Part shown: piece after piece, positions 48,635 through 51,609 of the stretch
How positions within the stretch are numbered: the first letter of the stretch is position 1
How the letters are laid out: every line of letters begins with the position of its first letter
DNA from: a virus
Taxonomy: Duplodnaviria > Caudoviricetes
Virus record (IMG/VR): IMGVR_UViG_3300005805_000120
Coordinates: 1 to 51,609 of that record
Strand: one strand, 5' to 3'
DNA: 51,609 nt
The notes under the pieces: generated by a model
Seen by the model: only the letters and a program-made list of their open reading frames with translations
Told to the model about the DNA's origin: nothing
Databases searched by the model: none
Made by a program: the position numbers and the translations under genes

Positions 48635-48680
48635 TGCTACGGGTGGCTTGCGGGTAGCATAACTACTATCAATTTAATAC

Positions 48681-48709
48681 TTGACATATATTCATTACCG
48701 TTATATACT
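48681..48709 (+). promoter_or_regulatory. near-consensus sigma70 promoter, leaderless
   Basis: TTGACA-17 nt-TATACT, ATG 7 nt downstream. Confidence 0.75.
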
Positions 48710-48716
48710 TAGCCTT

Positions 48717-48866
48717 ATGAACTATCGTTACGACATTAAACCTGACATATACCCATCCACTAAATGGTTGGTCATTGACACACAGAACCGCAACTGTCCT
48801 GTGTCATCTCACAACACTCGCAAAGAGGCATATAAAGAATGTCTCAGATTAGACAGAGGTAAGTGA
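48717..48866 (+). CDS. small hypothetical protein
   Basis: Leaderless ATG after the promoter. Confidence 0.55.
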   Translation: MNYRYDIKPDIYPSTKWLVIDTQNRNCPVSSHNTRKEAYKECLRLDRGK

Positions 48867-49414
48867 TAACGATGATAAGCATTGACTTAGAGGAAGAGGC
48901 GAAAAAGGTTGCGGGTATAGCAAAACTTCGCAAGCAACAAGTATGTCAAGCAGATAACGGTATTACTGATATGCCGTCTTTCGTTGTGTTTCAGAAAGGC
49001 GATGTGTTTGACTGTCACGAACCCAATCACGATGGTCATCCGTTTGAGGTGTTACCTGAAGTGTTATCCAAAGCGTTTGAAGAGGACGATATCACTTCGT
49101 TTGACACTGTAAGTCTCGTCATAGATAGTTATGTTCGTGTTGCGAAACCTGACGAAGTAAACAAGTATGAGCACGGTTCATTAGCGCAAGAGTTCAAAAG
49201 TCAACCCAAAACTGATGTGAAAGAGGCGTTGACCGTAACTACCTACGGGTATCACGGGGGTAGTGTAGGTGTATGTATGTCCTATGTATACAACGATAAA
49301 GGTGTACCTGAGTTCACTGTGATAACTGATAATGAGGCGACGAAGACAAGGTCTGAGTTCGTTGATTATGTGATGACAAAGTTCATTGAGTTCTGTAAAA
49401 GGAGTGAAGCGTGA
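48863..49414 (+). CDS. hypothetical protein
   Basis: GTGA coupling; 183-aa ORF. Confidence 0.65.
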   Translation: MITMISIDLEEEAKKVAGIAKLRKQQVCQADNGITDMPSFVVFQKGDVFDCHEPNHDGHPFEVLPEVLSKAFEEDDITSFDTVSLVIDSYVRVAKPDEVNKYEHGSLAQEFKSQPKTDVKEALTVTTYGYHGGSVGVCMSYVYNDKGVPEFTVITDNEATKTRSEFVDYVMTKFIEFCKRSEA

Positions 49415-49503
49415 TAACTCGTCTAGTGGGATTACTTATCCTTATTGCGGGCATATGGTTATGGCGCAAAGGTATTGAGTATGAGCGCAGAGGGAAAAGA
49501 TAA
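49411..49503 (+). CDS. 30-aa membrane peptide
   Basis: AGGAG RBS, GTGA overlap, MITRLVGLLILIAGIWLWRK. Confidence 0.4.
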   Translation: MITRLVGLLILIAGIWLWRKGIEYERRGKR

Positions 49504-49550
49504 TGCCTACGGGTAGCCTTGCGGGTAACCATTATTGGAAGAGAGTTACT

Positions 49551-50384
49551 ATGAAACCCATACGCATAGCAGTCGCATTAGCCCTAGTGTTATCGCTCTC
49601 CCCTATCAGCGAAGCGAAGGCAAGTGAGTGTACTGAGCCGAAAGAAGCACCATCGTCGTCTGAGCCGACGCTATTAACAATCATTGACACCGAAGTAGGC
49701 ACTGAAGCCTTTGAGCGTCTAGTCACCTATTCCAATGGCGGTCATCGTTCACTAGGCATAGCCATAGCAAAAGCGCACCAATGGTTCGCAGTGTGTGAGT
49801 ATGTCGGAGTAGGTATCGGCAGTGGTTCGGGTGGAAACGGGTATCGTCCCAACTTTATGCTTGCCTTGTGGCGTGGCGGAATAGACATCGCCGTCGCTCG
49901 CAGTGCCGTCTATCAGTTGATTGGTGCTAGCAGTAACCCAGTAGTTACTAATGGGGATTGCGCTATTTCGTGTAACGGAACAGTAGGCGGAGCGACATCT
50001 ACGACTACTACTACCGCCCATGAGCAGACAACCACTACAACTAGCGTCCCTGAGACGACGACTACAACTACTACGGTCGCTACAACTACTACAGTCGCAC
50101 CGACAACTACAACCACCGTTGCTACCACTAGTGAGCCAGTAGCAACCGAGACAGCAACCACCATTGCGACGACTACAACTACAACGACGATTGTCGTATC
50201 CAAGACGGGCGAACCGATGACAATGAATGAACCAGTCTCAGACCAAACAGTTACGGGCGCAGGCGTATCCGTATTGCTATCGCCAGCGAAAGTAGAACCC
50301 AAGAAGCAAGTCGCAACCAAGAAGCAACCAAAGAAGTCAGTAACAAAGAAGTTGCCACCCAAGAAGCAAACTGTCAAGAAGTAA
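49551..50384 (+). CDS. secreted protein with a Thr-rich linker and Lys-rich tail
   Basis: Signal peptide MKPIRIAVALALVLSLSPISEAKA; poly-Thr tract. Confidence 0.7.
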   Translation: MKPIRIAVALALVLSLSPISEAKASECTEPKEAPSSSEPTLLTIIDTEVGTEAFERLVTYSNGGHRSLGIAIAKAHQWFAVCEYVGVGIGSGSGGNGYRPNFMLALWRGGIDIAVARSAVYQLIGASSNPVVTNGDCAISCNGTVGGATSTTTTTAHEQTTTTTSVPETTTTTTTVATTTTVAPTTTTTVATTSEPVATETATTIATTTTTTTIVVSKTGEPMTMNEPVSDQTVTGAGVSVLLSPAKVEPKKQVATKKQPKKSVTKKLPPKKQTVKK

Positions 50385-50393
50385 TCCGCACCC

Positions 50394-50429
50394 CTCGGGT
50401 GCTACTCGGGTACTACTCGGGTGCTACTC
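50394..50429. repeat. three 11-bp tandem repeats CTCGGGT[G/A]CTA
   Basis: Visible directly between convergent genes. Confidence 0.85.
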
Positions 50430-50777
50430 CCAAGAGTGCTTTGCCAACCCCAAGTCAAACGCCAACTGAGGATGATTGCCAATCCGATTATGGCAGTCCC
50501 GACACACAGCAATACAGTTGCTTTCACTAACAACCGACCCACCCTGAGAACGTCTGACCAACTCGTGAATATCCCTTGACGGCTTGCGAACATAAGTAAC
50601 CAGTCCATCGTGTTCAGCAAACACAGGACACGCAACACAATACGGGTGTTTGTTCAGCATCATCGCAACAAAGATGCGTCTCTCCACATCGGCAACTTCC
50701 CGTTTCGCCGACTTCTGCTTCAGCGGTTTAGTCGACCGTTTGAGGGGCGACCTTTTTAGCGGTTTGCGGGGCTTCAA
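50424..50777 (-). CDS. HNH endonuclease
   Basis: CVAC..DIHE..RSQGG..NCIAVCRDCHN. Confidence 0.85.
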   Translation of the reverse strand: MKPRKPLKRSPLKRSTKPLKQKSAKREVADVERRIFVAMMLNKHPYCVACPVFAEHDGLVTYVRKPSRDIHELVRRSQGGSVVSESNCIAVCRDCHNRIGNHPQLAFDLGLAKHSWE

Positions 50778-51157
50778 CGCCGATTTCCGAAGTTCGAGTT
50801 ATCGTTCTTCATCCATAAAATCTGACCGCACTTCAGACATTCTTCTCTCCACGGGTAACTTCTACGAAACCCAGATGGGTGGTCACATCCCGCCATTGTA
50901 GATTCAGCCTTTTCATTGGCGGAAACACGAAGAAACTCAGCCATAGAAATACCCAAATGTTTGGCGCATTCCTCCCACTTCTGCTTGTCCTCAGTTGACG
51001 CTCGAAACAAGACCTGTTCTTGTGCTGTTGAAGAAAGTTCAGTCCCGTCTTTGTCTTTCTTTTTCTTTCCAACCAGCCGGGACCGAGTTGGCTCGAGCGA
51101 CTCGGCGACCTTCTCCATCGCTGATTCAAGATTGTCCTCTGCGGGTGTGTCGCTCAC
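50774..51157 (-). CDS. ribbon-helix-helix-like protein with a C-terminal Zn site
   Basis: QVLFRAS..KQKWEECAKHLGISMAEFLR; CDH..CLKCG. Confidence 0.6.
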   Translation of the reverse strand: MSDTPAEDNLESAMEKVAESLEPTRSRLVGKKKKDKDGTELSSTAQEQVLFRASTEDKQKWEECAKHLGISMAEFLRVSANEKAESTMAGCDHPSGFRRSYPWREECLKCGQILWMKNDNSNFGNRR

Positions 51158-51576
51158 AAAACCTCCTGAACATATTCTTCTGCTTGTAGAACTGCGTCAC
51201 GCAACCCGTCTGACCACTGAAACAACAACATTGGAGCCCATTTTGCGTTCATCCACAACGGGATTTCAGCGTTCTTTGCTTGTTCTTCTCCGAAGGGTGC
51301 TTTTTGGGCGAGTATTTTTTGTACTGCTGTCGCCCTGTCCTGCCAAGATGCTTGTTCGTCAAGCCACGCTTTTGCTTGGTCTAACTCGTTCACAGAGACT
51401 TCTTCGGTGTTGATGCCCAAATAGTTGGCGATTACGGCGACAACGGGACTAGCGGGCATGAGTTCTTTGACTTCGGAATCGTCAATATCTATGTCGGAGT
51501 CCCCGATGAAGCGACCAATTAAATCAACATAATCCTCGGGCATTCGGGCAACCAAGGAGGTGGGTGTATCTGCCAT
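51154..51576 (-). CDS. hypothetical protein
   Basis: 140-aa ORF coupled to the downstream gene. Confidence 0.6.
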   Translation of the reverse strand: MADTPTSLVARMPEDYVDLIGRFIGDSDIDIDDSEVKELMPASPVVAVIANYLGINTEEVSVNELDQAKAWLDEQASWQDRATAVQKILAQKAPFGEEQAKNAEIPLWMNAKWAPMLLFQWSDGLRDAVLQAEEYVQEVL

Positions 51577-51609
51577 ATAAATACCTTACCCCATTTTCAG
51601 GGATGTCAC

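Noticed and set aside
49913-50377. Val-rich minus-strand ORF
   Set aside because: Antisense of the poly-Thr tract
50394-50429. Tandem repeat considered as a CRISPR array
   Set aside because: 11-bp units with no spacers and no cas genes

Overview
A 51.6-kb segment of a tailed dsDNA phage (Caudoviricetes) with an HK97-type head. The host is most likely an actinobacterium: two WhiB genes, many leaderless-type promoters and a Thr-rich secreted protein point that way. 274-23184 is a greatly expanded head module: a portal fused to a MuF-like domain, a long prohead protease, about 17 kb of accessory genes, then the major capsid protein. The most striking element lies inside this module. Five large genes (6580-19875) share a C-x17-C motif (RCPxGxxx[GA][GN][QR][FI]TDxxxxxC). 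Three end in HipA/PI3-PI4-kinase-like domains, one in a GNAT-like domain and one in an apparently dead JAB-like domain. Each of the four with an intact-looking enzymatic tip is followed by a tightly linked 85-104 aa gene, as in a polymorphic effector/immunity array that may be packaged in the capsid. A separate operon encodes the opposite activities, a Zn-dependent deacetylase and a CX5R phosphatase. The rest of the window holds a class II ribonucleotide reductase, tRNA-Arg(UCU), four DNA methyltransferases, PAPS-reductase-like, ParB-like, MazG, sulfotransferase, primase-helicase, RuvC-like, SprT-like and HNH genes. Strand composition flips sharply from A/C-rich to G/T-rich near 48200. All calls come from motif recognition by eye; no searches were run.
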